DNA from: Oligoflexia bacterium
Lineage (GTDB): Bacteria; Bdellovibrionota; UBA1018
Reading direction: 5' to 3'
Length of the DNA: 59,985 nt
Assembly (NCBI GenBank): GCA_046317855.1
Contig: JBKCVM010000019.1
Coordinates: 1-59,985, forward strand
Within the stretch, counting starts at the first letter, position 1. Every line of letters begins with the position of its first letter. The position numbers were made by a program, and so were the translations under genes. Below the pieces are notes generated by a model that saw only the letters and a list, made by a program, of their open reading frames with translations, ran no database searches and was not told where the DNA came from. This document shows, piece after piece, positions 35,906-46,400 of this stretch.

Positions 35906-35981
35906 GAGTGGCCGCGATCCGTGAAGAAATGAACAACGAGCTCGCTGCCCGGGAACAATCAAGAAGCGACGCGTCCAAGAC

Positions 35982-37886
35982 TCACTGAGTTGCCCCAATC
36001 CGATCGATTTCGTCCAATAAACCAAGGAGCTTTGCCCGAGCCTCAGACTCGGTCAGCACGCCTGCATTCGTACCAAAGCGCACCCATTCACAATACTCTA
36101 GAATCTCGCAAATTCGCCGCCACTCGGATGGCTCGAGCCCAAGATCTTCTACTGCCTTTTTATAAATTTCCTCTCGAGAGAGCGCTCGCGCAGAAATCAT
36201 GAACTTTGAGAGGTGCTTGTCATCAATCCGTTGGCAGAGGCACTGAGCCAGTTGGTCATAAGCCCGCAGGACCTGTTCCCATGGCGCCGAAGCAACCTCA
36301 GACTTGGCAAAGCGCCTGAGTTCGTCGGAACTCCGAGCAGCATTCTTCTTCCAAATAGAAAGCCTCAAGCTGCGCAGTTTCTGCCACTTTCTTACGATCC
36401 GTCGGCCCAAAGAGGCTACCAGTAAGATTCCGCTCACCCCAAGAAGTGCTGCAAGGATCCAGCGAGCGATTTTTCGGGCGCTGACGGTCTCAGCGGCAGC
36501 ACCCTTCCACTCTTCTGGCAACAAATAGACCGGCACCAGCGGGCTGGGCGCCACACTGGGCTGAACTCCAGAGCTGGAAACACCAGCACCAGAAACGGCT
36601 ACGCCATTAAAAGAGGACGGCTCGAGGACATCAATGGAATGGCCTGCCGCAGTCAACGTGCGATAAGCGCGATTTTTTACAGAGAAAAAAGAAAACTCAG
36701 CCTGCGGAAGCGTGAGTTTACCGGGCTTACGCGGAATGATGAGCACCTCGAAAACTTTGGTGGACACGCCCCCCCGCGACGAAAGGACTTTTGATTTTGT
36801 CTCAAAAATCTCCACGTCCGCGGGCCATGCCACCTTGGGCTCGGTGATCGCCGCCACATTACCCATGCCTTCAACTTTCAGAGTCAGAGTCAGAGCCTCA
36901 TTTGCCCTGACCTGCGTGCGATCGACAGCTGAATCCAGTGAAAAGTCGCCTACACCACCTGTAAAGCTAGTGGGGCGGCCCTCGGTCGGCAGCGGGAGAA
37001 CCTCAAGTTCCAAGCGGTCGTTCCGATGACTCCATTCTCGCGGCTGGATCTGCTGAAAGAAGCTCTGAATCGGGTCATTCAGATCGATTCCTGCATCCGT
37101 TCCTGGATAGTAGTTTGCTTTGATCGCCATCGAATCCACAGGAAGCCGCCCTTCTTTGAGCGGATAAGCAGCATATCTTGCGAGCAAGGAGCGCTCGTAG
37201 GGAACCCCATCTACCACGACTGATTCGTCCTGAACTCTCTGGCCTAAAACCGGCAGTTCCAGATCCTCCCGCAGAAACCCATCCAAAATAGGGTACTTCT
37301 CAACCTGAATATTGAAGACTCGGCTGCGGCGATAAAGATAATAGCTCACGATCACTTGCTGACCTTTGTAAACTCGGCTTCGATCGAGCTCAGCACGAAC
37401 TGTAAAGGGCGGTCCCGAGACATTTTTCTTCATTCCTCGCAAACCCATGCCACCCCCACCATAGCGAGCTGGGGGCGGAGTACCCTGACCAGAGGCAGTC
37501 ACTTCCACTGAGAGAGGCGGATGCTGAAGCTGCTTGCCATTCACATCGACACGAATCTGAGAGATCTGCAGGCGACCCGTCTTTTTAGGCCTTAAAACTT
37601 TGGTCACTTTCTTGTTGTTACGCACCCCAAATTGGCCATTCTGATAGTACGATTCAACAAAGACGCTCGAATACTGATTCACCTCATCAAAATCAGGGGC
37701 ATCAAAGTGGGGTTCGCCAATCTGAAAATTGCCATCGGATTGGATAGAAAACTGTAACGAAACCGACTCATCCATCCCCACAAAGCCACGATCGACCGTC
37801 ACTTCCCAAGTTGAGTCATCAGCAAACGCCAGACTCAGTGCCAGAAGCGAAGCTACCGCAACTCCAATAATCCGTCGCTGATCCAT
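35982..37886 (-). CDS. batD: BatD-family protein
   Basis: Start re-called to ATG 37886. Signal peptide, Ig-like BatD repeats (YVGQ-like YKGQQV, GGVGDFSL, LTLKVEGMGN), C-terminal TM; operon context. Confidence 0.85.
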   Translation of the reverse strand: MDQRRIIGVAVASLLALSLAFADDSTWEVTVDRGFVGMDESVSLQFSIQSDGNFQIGEPHFDAPDFDEVNQYSSVFVESYYQNGQFGVRNNKKVTKVLRPKKTGRLQISQIRVDVNGKQLQHPPLSVEVTASGQGTPPPARYGGGGMGLRGMKKNVSGPPFTVRAELDRSRVYKGQQVIVSYYLYRRSRVFNIQVEKYPILDGFLREDLELPVLGQRVQDESVVVDGVPYERSLLARYAAYPLKEGRLPVDSMAIKANYYPGTDAGIDLNDPIQSFFQQIQPREWSHRNDRLELEVLPLPTEGRPTSFTGGVGDFSLDSAVDRTQVRANEALTLTLKVEGMGNVAAITEPKVAWPADVEIFETKSKVLSSRGGVSTKVFEVLIIPRKPGKLTLPQAEFSFFSVKNRAYRTLTAAGHSIDVLEPSSFNGVAVSGAGVSSSGVQPSVAPSPLVPVYLLPEEWKGAAAETVSARKIARWILAALLGVSGILLVASLGRRIVRKWQKLRSLRLSIWKKNAARSSDELRRFAKSEVASAPWEQVLRAYDQLAQCLCQRIDDKHLSKFMISARALSREEIYKKAVEDLGLEPSEWRRICEILEYCEWVRFGTNAGVLTESEARAKLLGLLDEIDRIGATQ

Positions 37887-37905
37887 TTTGCTTGGTCCTA
37901 CCCCT

Positions 37906-39639
37906 CTACCAGTCTCGACCACTCTGAGAGTTCGCATTTCCGCGCTGCTTTTTCAAACGAGCCTGAAGCTGTTTTTCTCGAGCTGAAATTTCAGCCATCA
38001 CACGCTCCGAGTCCTCAGGAGAGAGCTTTTCTGATCTGAAAGCTCTTCTGCGACTGACGGATGGATCCTCATAAGACTGGCCCTGAGACTTGGGCTCTGG
38101 CTGAGACTGGCTGCCCTGTTGTTGCTGCTTTTGCTTTTGCTTTTGCTGCTGCTGCTGCTGATCTTGCTCCTGTTTTTGCTGCTGCAGGGCCTCGATCCGC
38201 TTTCGTGCCTGGACCTCAAGCTCGGGATCACCGGCAAGTCTAGCCATACGAATGGACTCAGCAAAAGCACGGATTGCCTGACCATGCTGCCGGGCTTTTT
38301 CATGCGCAGCACCCAGATTATACAAAGAAACTCCGGAGAGCTGCGGATTGCCCTGTTGTTTGGCCCTCTGGGTAGCCTCGTCAAAGCTCTTTACAGCCTT
38401 TTCGGTTGCTCCACTTTGGAGCTCGGCTACACCCTGATTGAAAGTGGGCTCCACTTTTTCAGGATCGCTTGCCTGAGCCTCTGAGAAATTCTTGCGCGCC
38501 AGTTCAAGGTCTTTTTCATCGAAAGCGGCCACACCCTGTCGATTCTTGAGGTAACTTTTGAGTGTCGAGGCTTGAGCGTTCACTCCTCCGAACAAAAACA
38601 GAATAACGACCCACAGACGCACCAACGGAATCCACCACTCCACCAGCAACAGAATTAATCCGATTCCAACGAAGAGCTGAAATCGCTCGGTTGGAATCAC
38701 CACCTTTCGCTCAGCAAGCTGGGTGCGATCCAAAGCTCCCAACGCACCGAGTAACTCCTCTCGCTCCGACTCTGAATCACTGACTGTCCAGTAGCGTCCG
38801 CCAGAGGCCTGGGCCACCGCTTCTAATGTTTTTGGTTCAAGTCGGCTCTGCACTACTTCTCTACCCTGCCGTTTGTAGCCCATGAGCTGCCCCTGCTCGT
38901 CGCGCAACGGAATCGGCCCTCCCCGCTGCGACCCCACTCCAAGCACAAACAGTTGGATGCCTTTTTCTTTGAGCTTTGAGGCGATCCGGGCAGCCTCACC
39001 CTCGTGGTCCTCCCCATCGGTCACCAAAAGAATGGCTCGCGTGGGTGCCCCCTTTACAGAAGCCGAGGGATCCGTGTTCTGAGCGCCACGCTCAAGAGAA
39101 GCGAGCGCTGTTTCTAGACCCAGTCCAATGTCCGTCCCCTGATTGCCAAGCGAGCCGGGATTCAAAACTTCTAAGACTTCTTGAACGTAATTCAGGTCAT
39201 TGGTGAGCGGGCATGCCACGTAAGTGCTTGCAGCAAATGCAACCACCCCCACCCGGTCACCCGCCAGCGGCTCAAGAAGCCGACTGATAAAGTGGCGAGC
39301 TTTCTTAATTCGAGAGGGCACCACATCTTCCACATCCATGCTCCGAGAGAGATCCAGTACAACCATGAGGTCGAGCCCCGTTGCACCGATGACCTCTTCG
39401 CGAGCGCCCCACTGAGGCCGGGCCAGTGCCGCCACAAGAAGCAGCATGCCCCCCAGCCAAAAGAAAAGCTTATGCTTACGAGCCGATAAATTAAGTTGTG
39501 GGATTAGCCGTTCAAAAAGAGCGGGAGAAAAGGCTTGAAACAAGGTCGCAAATCCACGGCGATACTGAAAAAGCGCAAAGAGACTCAATGCCACAGGAAT
39601 GAGCAGGAGCAGCAGAGCTGAAGGACTAGCCCATTTCAA
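37906..39639 (-). CDS. batB: BatB (VWA) - BatC (TPR) fusion
   Basis: Start re-called to TTG 39639 (GGAGG SD; overlaps the batA stop). LARPQWG, MIDAS DLSRSM, LVTDGEDHEG, then TPRs and a poly-Q linker. Confidence 0.85.
   Translation of the reverse strand: MKWASPSALLLLLIPVALSLFALFQYRRGFATLFQAFSPALFERLIPQLNLSARKHKLFFWLGGMLLLVAALARPQWGAREEVIGATGLDLMVVLDLSRSMDVEDVVPSRIKKARHFISRLLEPLAGDRVGVVAFAASTYVACPLTNDLNYVQEVLEVLNPGSLGNQGTDIGLGLETALASLERGAQNTDPSASVKGAPTRAILLVTDGEDHEGEAARIASKLKEKGIQLFVLGVGSQRGGPIPLRDEQGQLMGYKRQGREVVQSRLEPKTLEAVAQASGGRYWTVSDSESEREELLGALGALDRTQLAERKVVIPTERFQLFVGIGLILLLVEWWIPLVRLWVVILFLFGGVNAQASTLKSYLKNRQGVAAFDEKDLELARKNFSEAQASDPEKVEPTFNQGVAELQSGATEKAVKSFDEATQRAKQQGNPQLSGVSLYNLGAAHEKARQHGQAIRAFAESIRMARLAGDPELEVQARKRIEALQQQKQEQDQQQQQQKQKQKQQQQGSQSQPEPKSQGQSYEDPSVSRRRAFRSEKLSPEDSERVMAEISAREKQLQARLKKQRGNANSQSGRDW
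38117..38185 (-). repeat. CAG/CAA-rich low-complexity tract encoding poly-Q/QK linker
   Basis: QQQKQEQDQQQQQQKQKQKQQQQ; coordinates approximate. Confidence 0.8.
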
Positions 39640-40619
39640 AACGCAAACCTCCAAAGAGTGACAGAAAGCGCAAACTCCAAAAAAAGCAGCGCAATTCCAA
39701 GAGTCAGCGGCTTTGCAAATCGCTCCTCGTATCTCACGCGCTCGTTGGTCTTTACCTCGGTCTTTTCCATTTGGTCGATCTCTTTAAAGACCGAACCCAA
39801 CGTCCCCTCATCAGTGACTCGAAAAAACTTTCCACCGGTTACAGATGCAATTTTTTGAAGGAGCTCAGGATTCAGAGCATTGTCAAAATATTGATAGCTC
39901 GTCACAACGTTGCCCAGAATCCCTTGTGAACGGATCGGCAGTCGGACGCGCCCCTCCCTTCCAATCGCAATCGTGTAGACCCTAATCCCGTACCCCGAGG
40001 CAATGTCCCCCGCAGTCGCAGGATCGACCTGTCCCACATTGTTATCTCCATCGGTGAGCAAGATAATCACTCGGGTCTTTGCGGTGCTATTTCTCAATCG
40101 ATTGACGGCTAGAGAAAGACCGTCGCCAATTCCGGTGCCGTCTTTGAGCACGCCAATTTTGGCGTCACGCAGTGCTCTGAGGACCAAGCCATAATCCAAA
40201 GTGGGAGGCGCAAGGGTCAGGGGCTCGCCAGAAAAAATCACAAAACCAATCCGGTCATCCTGTCGCCCCTGGATGAATGACTCCATGGTGCTCTTAGCCA
40301 CCTCAAAGCGGGAGCGTTCTGAAAGATCCTCGATGTTCATACTGGCCGAGACGTCCATGACCATCATGATGTCAATTCCACTCACCGTTCTCTCGGACTG
40401 ATGAAAGCTGGCCTGAGGTCGAGCCATCGCCACAAAGACCAGGGCTAGGCCGGCAAGCCTGATTGCAGCGAGATAGAGCTGTGGGTTTTTTGCAGAAGCT
40501 TTTGTGTCAATCGGTAAAGAAAACGGAAGTGGAGGCGGGGTATTGCGCCTAACCCAGAACCGGTAAAGGAGCAAAAGTGGAACCCAACCCAAGAGCCACT
40601 GCCACGTCTCAAGTCGCAC
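39636..40619 (-). CDS. batA: BatA VWA domain protein
   Basis: Start re-called to GTG 40619 (GGAGG SD). MARPQ, GIDIMMVMDVSASM, GTGIGDGL, ILLTDGDNNVG, YTIAIG. Confidence 0.9.
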   Translation of the reverse strand: MRLETWQWLLGWVPLLLLYRFWVRRNTPPPLPFSLPIDTKASAKNPQLYLAAIRLAGLALVFVAMARPQASFHQSERTVSGIDIMMVMDVSASMNIEDLSERSRFEVAKSTMESFIQGRQDDRIGFVIFSGEPLTLAPPTLDYGLVLRALRDAKIGVLKDGTGIGDGLSLAVNRLRNSTAKTRVIILLTDGDNNVGQVDPATAGDIASGYGIRVYTIAIGREGRVRLPIRSQGILGNVVTSYQYFDNALNPELLQKIASVTGGKFFRVTDEGTLGSVFKEIDQMEKTEVKTNERVRYEERFAKPLTLGIALLFLEFALSVTLWRFAF

Positions 40620-41559
40620 TCGTGACCTCCGAGCGACGGGTACGCTGGATCCAAACTCTTGCGTCGCCAAGGACACGCAAGGGCTCATCATCCTCGGGGG
40701 CGGGTACAAAGTCTGTGAACTTCACTCGGTCCAAGGCCTCAAAGAGAGATGAAACCCTTTGAATCAGCTCTGGTGACAGCCCAGAAGAATCCAAAGCGCG
40801 CAACATTTCTCGAGTAGTGAAATCAGTCGCTGCAATACCATAACGTTTTTCAATGTAGACTTTGAGTGTCTCAGAGACTCCAAAGTAGTGCTTTTTATGC
40901 TGATTTTTTTTGTAAAATGCCTGCTTTTCAATTTTCTGAAGCGCAGCCAATGCCTCTTCGTGTTCTAAGATTTTTTTGGTCACGGCCCCAAGAGCACCGG
41001 TGAGAGGCCTTCTTTTGAGCTGGCGTGCTCTTCTCCAAAGCCAGTACCCGCCTGCAACGCTCCCTAACCCAAGCAGGGCAATCCCGCCCCAAAGCCAATG
41101 CCGTGGAAATCGCATCCTCAATGGCGGAACAAACTCTACAGGAGGCTTTTCATCCCCACCCGCTCCCGCCACTTCAAATTGAAGAGCTCGAGTGCGCCCA
41201 ATCACTTTGCCGTCGGGATCCTCGACCTGCAACTCGGGCAAAGTCAAACTACCCGACTTGATGGGAATCATTGAAAATGCACTCATGATGTCGTCTTTGG
41301 GATGAGAAAAGACCTCCCAACCCTGCTCACTCAAAGGCTTGGCCCCCTTGAGAGGGGCAATGATCGCAGCGCGAGTGTCAGGCTTTTTTTCGCCAATCCA
41401 TTGAAAACGAATGACATCCCCCACCAAGATGGGCGGATCTATCTTCTGCGACTGCGGGGCAGAATAGTATCGCTGGACTTCATACACGGGCTGGTCGGTC
41501 GGCTCGAGTGCCCAAACCTGGATAGCGATCAAGAGTCCCAGCGCATAACCTTTTGTCAT
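40609..41559 (-). CDS. Bat-operon membrane protein (BatD-like Ig domain, TM, DUF4381-like tail)
   Basis: Signal, beta-rich domain, TM, LKVYIEKRYGIAATDFTTREML, LDRVKFTDF; typical position between DUF58 and batA. Confidence 0.75.
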   Translation of the reverse strand: MTKGYALGLLIAIQVWALEPTDQPVYEVQRYYSAPQSQKIDPPILVGDVIRFQWIGEKKPDTRAAIIAPLKGAKPLSEQGWEVFSHPKDDIMSAFSMIPIKSGSLTLPELQVEDPDGKVIGRTRALQFEVAGAGGDEKPPVEFVPPLRMRFPRHWLWGGIALLGLGSVAGGYWLWRRARQLKRRPLTGALGAVTKKILEHEEALAALQKIEKQAFYKKNQHKKHYFGVSETLKVYIEKRYGIAATDFTTREMLRALDSSGLSPELIQRVSSLFEALDRVKFTDFVPAPEDDEPLRVLGDARVWIQRTRRSEVTSAT

Positions 41560-42449
41560 CTGCTTCTCCTGGCAGCGCGAGCTCTAAAAAACCTCACTAA
41601 TGCATCAGACATATCTTGGGCAGCATCAACTAAAAGATGCTCTACACGCCCAGACTTTAGAGCAGAATCTCGCGCCCCGGCGTGACCTGCCATGAACTCG
41701 GCAAGCCAGCGCTTAAAAAGGTAGGACCCCGTCTCTACTACTCGCTGGGCTCCCGTCTCCGGATCGATCACATGCAGAAAACCAACCGCTGGCATTTGTT
41801 TCTCGACTTGATCCTGTACCTGAACTGCAACCACGTCATGGCGCCTCGCCAATCGGCGCAGTGAAGCGTCATATCCCTCAGCAAGAAAATCACTCACTAC
41901 AACAACAATCCCTTGATGACTCATCACTCGACCCGCAGCATCGAGGCCAACCGCTAAGCGGGTTCCGGACTGCCGTGGGCGATGCTCCATGAGTTCTTTG
42001 AGCAGCCGCGAGACGTGAGCCTTACCTTTTCTGGGGGGTATTACTTTTTCGACTTCTGACGAGAAAATCACGAGCCCAACTTTGTCGCCCCCAAGCGCCG
42101 CAGCAAATGCCAACATACCGGCTATCTCGATTGATGCATCAGACTTCAGTCGAGTCTGACTCCCAAAAAACTGGGAGGCGGATGCATCGACCAAAAGAAG
42201 AACAGTGAGCTCACGCTCTTCTTCGAATTTTTTGACTAGAATATCGCGCGAACGCGCACTCACCTTCCAGTCAATGTGACGGACATCATCGCCAGCAAAG
42301 TAGATTCGATGCTCAGAGAATTGAACCCCTTGGCCTCTAAAAGCGCTCCGGTACCCTCCCGTCATCATGTCATCCATCAACCGACGCGTGATGAATTCGA
42401 GCTGCCTGATTTTCTTGATCGAATCGGATGAAAACTTGGGCGAATGCAC
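41556..42449 (-). CDS. DUF58 domain protein (MoxR partner)
   Basis: Start re-called to GTG 42449. GQGVQFSEHRIYFAGDDVRHIDWKVSAR, KKFEEERE, DASAS, VVSDF. Confidence 0.92.
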   Translation of the reverse strand: MHSPKFSSDSIKKIRQLEFITRRLMDDMMTGGYRSAFRGQGVQFSEHRIYFAGDDVRHIDWKVSARSRDILVKKFEEERELTVLLLVDASASQFFGSQTRLKSDASIEIAGMLAFAAALGGDKVGLVIFSSEVEKVIPPRKGKAHVSRLLKELMEHRPRQSGTRLAVGLDAAGRVMSHQGIVVVVSDFLAEGYDASLRRLARRHDVVAVQVQDQVEKQMPAVGFLHVIDPETGAQRVVETGSYLFKRWLAEFMAGHAGARDSALKSGRVEHLLVDAAQDMSDALVRFFRARAARRSR

Positions 42450-42450
42450 C

Positions 42451-43458
42451 TTACGGAACCTCGACCCGCTCCAGGATCTTCTGGATGACGCGCTCGCTGT
42501 CCACGCCCTCGGCTTCAGCCTCAAACGTCACAAGAATGCGGTGTCTGAGGACATCATAAGCCACCGCCTTGACGTCCTCAGGAGTCACAAATCCTCGGTG
42601 CTCGACAAATGCATGAGCTCGTGCAGACTTAGCAAGCGAAAGGGTGGCTCGGGGTGAGGCTCCCACTTGAATCCAAGGTTTGAGTTGAGGGAGACCGGCC
42701 TTTTCTGGATACCGACTCGCAAACACAATTCCCAGAATGTAATCTTTGATTTTCTCGTCCATGTAACTGCGCGAGACCAACTCGCGCGCCTCAAGAATCT
42801 GCTGGGGCTGACAGACCTTTTGCGCCGTGGGGGCTTTGACTCCGCCCATTCGATTCAAAATACCTTTTTCCTCCTGAAGGGTCGGATAGGTTACTTTGAT
42901 CTTAAACAAGAAACGGTCAAGCTGTGCCTCGGGAAGGGGATAGGTCCCCTCCTGTTCGATCGGATTTTGAGTTGCGAGCACGATAAACGGATCATCGAGC
43001 CGGTAGGTGGTCTCTCCAATGGTGACCTGGCGCTCACCCATGGCCTCAAGAAGCGCGCTCTGCACCTTGGCGGGAGCTCGGTTAATTTCGTCAGCCAAAA
43101 CTAGATTCGTAAAAATAGGTCCTTTTTTAGGAGAAAAGTCACCGGTTTTTGGATTGAAAATCATCGTTCCGATGAGATCCGCCGGAAGTAAATCCGGAGT
43201 GAACTGAATTCGCTGAAAATTTGCGTGAATCACATCTGCGAGAGTCTTGATCGTGAGGGTCTTAGCAAGACCCGGCAACCCCTCGAGCAGAACGTGCCCA
43301 TCGCACAAAAGCGCCATTAAGAGACGCTCAAGAAGAGTCTGCTGACCCACGACTACTTTCGAAGTTTCTGAAAGCAGCTGATCTACAAAGCGACTCTGTA
43401 ATTTGATTTCCTCAGTGAGGGCGCGGACGTCAGTGGTGGCGATGGACATGACGTCCAT
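42451..43458 (-). CDS. moxR: MoxR-family AAA+ ATPase (MoxR proper subfamily)
   Basis: GHVLLEGLPGLAKT, RIQFTPDLLPAD, LADEINRAPAKVQSALLEAM, ATQNPIEQEGTYPLPEAQLDRF, GASPRA. Confidence 0.96.
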   Translation of the reverse strand: MDVMSIATTDVRALTEEIKLQSRFVDQLLSETSKVVVGQQTLLERLLMALLCDGHVLLEGLPGLAKTLTIKTLADVIHANFQRIQFTPDLLPADLIGTMIFNPKTGDFSPKKGPIFTNLVLADEINRAPAKVQSALLEAMGERQVTIGETTYRLDDPFIVLATQNPIEQEGTYPLPEAQLDRFLFKIKVTYPTLQEEKGILNRMGGVKAPTAQKVCQPQQILEARELVSRSYMDEKIKDYILGIVFASRYPEKAGLPQLKPWIQVGASPRATLSLAKSARAHAFVEHRGFVTPEDVKAVAYDVLRHRILVTFEAEAEGVDSERVIQKILERVEVP

Positions 43459-46400
43459 TTTCGGACCCAGGGCCGTCAGAGGTCAAGGGAAGCGCGCGTC
43501 GGAATGACTTAATCAGCTCCTGAATCTCACCGCGACGTGACGCATTTCCGATAGCTTCGAATAACCGAGCAAATCCTTGCGGATCTAAGGCCAAGGCATC
43601 TAAAAACTCACTTGGACCTTGATGGTCACATTGATCGGCAAGAAATTGACGGAGTTCCTTCGAAGTTAAAAGCTCAACGGCGCTCGAAGGTAACACCGCC
43701 GAGTCGGGATTTGCGCCCCAAAGGATCCCCGACCTCTGGTCTCTTACGGCAAGAAGCCATTGTGTCCGGCGGGCCACCTCCTGCCAAGCAGCTTTGACTT
43801 CAGGTTTTTGGCTCGCTCTAAAAAGATCGATCGCCTCTGCCGTAGGCAAAGCTCCGAACAAACGGGACAGCTCAACTCCGGCACCCCGCTTTTGGAGAGC
43901 CCCCAACCCGCCTCGGACTGAATCCAAGGAGAGAAGATCGAGCCAAACGCTCATCGTCTGAAACACTTCGGGCCGGGCGTATCCAAAGAGCAAGCCCCCA
44001 AACGAGATCACCTCATCAGCGAGCTCAGGGGTCTTCATGATGGCTGTCAAGTAGAGCAGAGATTCTCGGAGCAGGGGACCCTTTTCAGGATGAATCACAG
44101 CTCTGTAGAGAACTTGGATGACGTCATCTTTTTCTTTTTCTCCCCCCATCAGTGCCGTGCGGATCAACTCGGCAGACCCTGGCTCCCGAACCATGGCCAC
44201 TAGACCCTCAACGACCGAATCAAAAATACGCCTCCCTTCTGCAGCACCCTGATTTTCAGGAAGGAGCGCAAGTCTCGAACCGCGCGAAATCTGCCTGAAC
44301 ACGCCCATATGGGCCAAACGGACTGCAACAAAAAAAGCATGCTGAGAACCCGCCGCCGCATGGCGATGATCAACTCTTGTACCTGGAGTCGAGAGGTACA
44401 TGTCGAAAAGAAGATTTCTGAGCAGTCTCATTCCCCCCGCCCTGCCAGAAAGAGAAAGCCCATTCTTCGGGAGCCCTTCTTCAATGACTGCAACCAACTG
44501 GCGCATATTAAAGACCCGCGCCTCTAACCAGGCAGGAAAAAACCCCGAGCGATCTCGTTCTCCCGAGCATTCAGGCATTTTGGGGTAGCCGATCACCTTC
44601 TCAGAAAACTCAAGCGTGCCAAGAATCTCAGAATAAGCTTCAGCCAAAGTAGGCGGGCGCCTACCGTTTCCATACTTGGCCCGAATATAGGCTGGCCACC
44701 GCTCCCGAGGTTCATCGCCCCAAGCCAGCGCAATAGCGGTCAGAAATTTGAAGGCGTAATTCTGCGAAGATCCAAAATTAAAATCAGCATTAATGAGCAG
44801 AAGTTCGAGCAGATCTAAAGAATTAACGATCTTTGCACGAGGAGCTTTTTCTCCAGGATAAAAGTAAGGAATCACTCGCCAATCGTTGGCTCGAAGCGCA
44901 ATCCAATCCGAGAGTTCTGCGCTGTTGGAGAATCTTCTCATGAACTGCGAGAGCCCTTCAGGAAGATGCCCTCTCGCAGGGTCTGCAAAGTGTGGAAAAA
45001 TCTGCTTCAAGTCGCTCTTGAGTTGCTCAAGGTCCCAGCGCTGCGGCGGCCGACCCGTAACTGGATCCAACCGCCAACCCATCACTGAGTCGCGATAATC
45101 TGCGGCCAATTCATCAATTCTGGCTCGCTGTGAAGCTGAATCCTCAAGACACTCATACCGCCTGAGAACATCTTGAAAGGGTCTCAAATCGAACTCTTCA
45201 GAGTCCGAAAATGGAATACGTGGCCCTCGGTTCTCCCAGGCTTCCCACACTGAAGAAATCGCACCCGGCAACAAATCGCCACGCAGAACCTCGGCTAGCT
45301 TGGGCTCCATCTTACGAAATGCAGACCGAGCCCCACCCCAAGTTTTTGAAAGTGCCTCCACCACTGCGGCAATCCACGTCCCACGCCCGGTATCAGCGGA
45401 CAACCACGGAACAGATGCATCCAAAAGAGCCGAAGCTCGAGCCACCCCAGCCCCATCGAAAAGAATCCTAAAGGCACGATCCAAATAGGCAGGCTCTGCT
45501 TTGAAGTCGCGAATGGAGTCAATGAACTGATGGAGAAGCAACTGTCCGCTCCCCAATTTCAAAACCGAAAGACTCTGAAGTGAATCTCCGGAAGCTCCCA
45601 AACAATCTAAATACGCTTGCACCAGACTCTCAAAACCGGGGGCGTCATATAGATCCAACCTGACCCAAGGAGTGAGCTGATCACATCCCAGCATCGGCTC
45701 CAGTGGGCGCGGCCAACGCAGGCTAAGGTCGCTGCTCGCCAACGAGTGGGCTCGCCACTCCACCAGCGCAGACCTTTCTAGCGGGGCGCCAGGTCTCGCC
45801 GCTCTTATTTGCGTGCGTCCTTTATCTGCCGTTTTAGAAAGCATTCGCAGCACCGCAGCCGTGAGATCCGCAAGCCTGCCATCCTTGCTTTTGGACATTT
45901 CTCTGAGCTCTGTCAAAGCATTGATCCATTCTTGAGGATGCCGAGCTGCCAGCGCTCGGAGCGACCCTAAGAACTGAGCGGCAAGCCCCGGGTCGTCCAG
46001 AAACGCACGAACACTGCCAATCAGTGGATGATCGCCTGTTAGAAAAAGAGCGTGCCTCAGAGCGAGTAGCCCAACGGGCTCAACCAGGCTGCCCAGAGCA
46101 TGAAGAAGTACATCGAAACTCTCAGGAGTGGCCCGCATCAGAGCGTCTACGAAAATGTCATGAAATGAAGAGCCCTCGAGCTCAGGGCGCGGCAAGATCC
46201 AAGCAGTAGCAGCTCTCTGGAGAAGCGGTCTGTCCTGCGGCCGCACCAGCGCAAGCACGAGAAGCAAATCCGGAAGGGCATCGATTTTCTGGAGCTCCAT
46301 GAGCACAGGTGCAAGCTCCGCGAGCGGAGTCACAGGCAGTCGAGCTGCCTTACCCGCCACAAAATCTGCAAGCCAAACCGCAGCTCCCCGATGGGTGAAG

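Noticed and set aside
35870-35981. Riboswitch or sigma54 site upstream of glnA
   Set aside because: No stable conserved fold or GG-N10-GC motif found; the promoter-like -10 sits only 7 nt from the ATG.
43430-43458. His-rich C-terminus (HVHRHH) of the giant lipoprotein as a metal-binding tag
   Set aside because: It lies wholly in the overlap with the moxR start and is probably a by-product of the overlapping frame.
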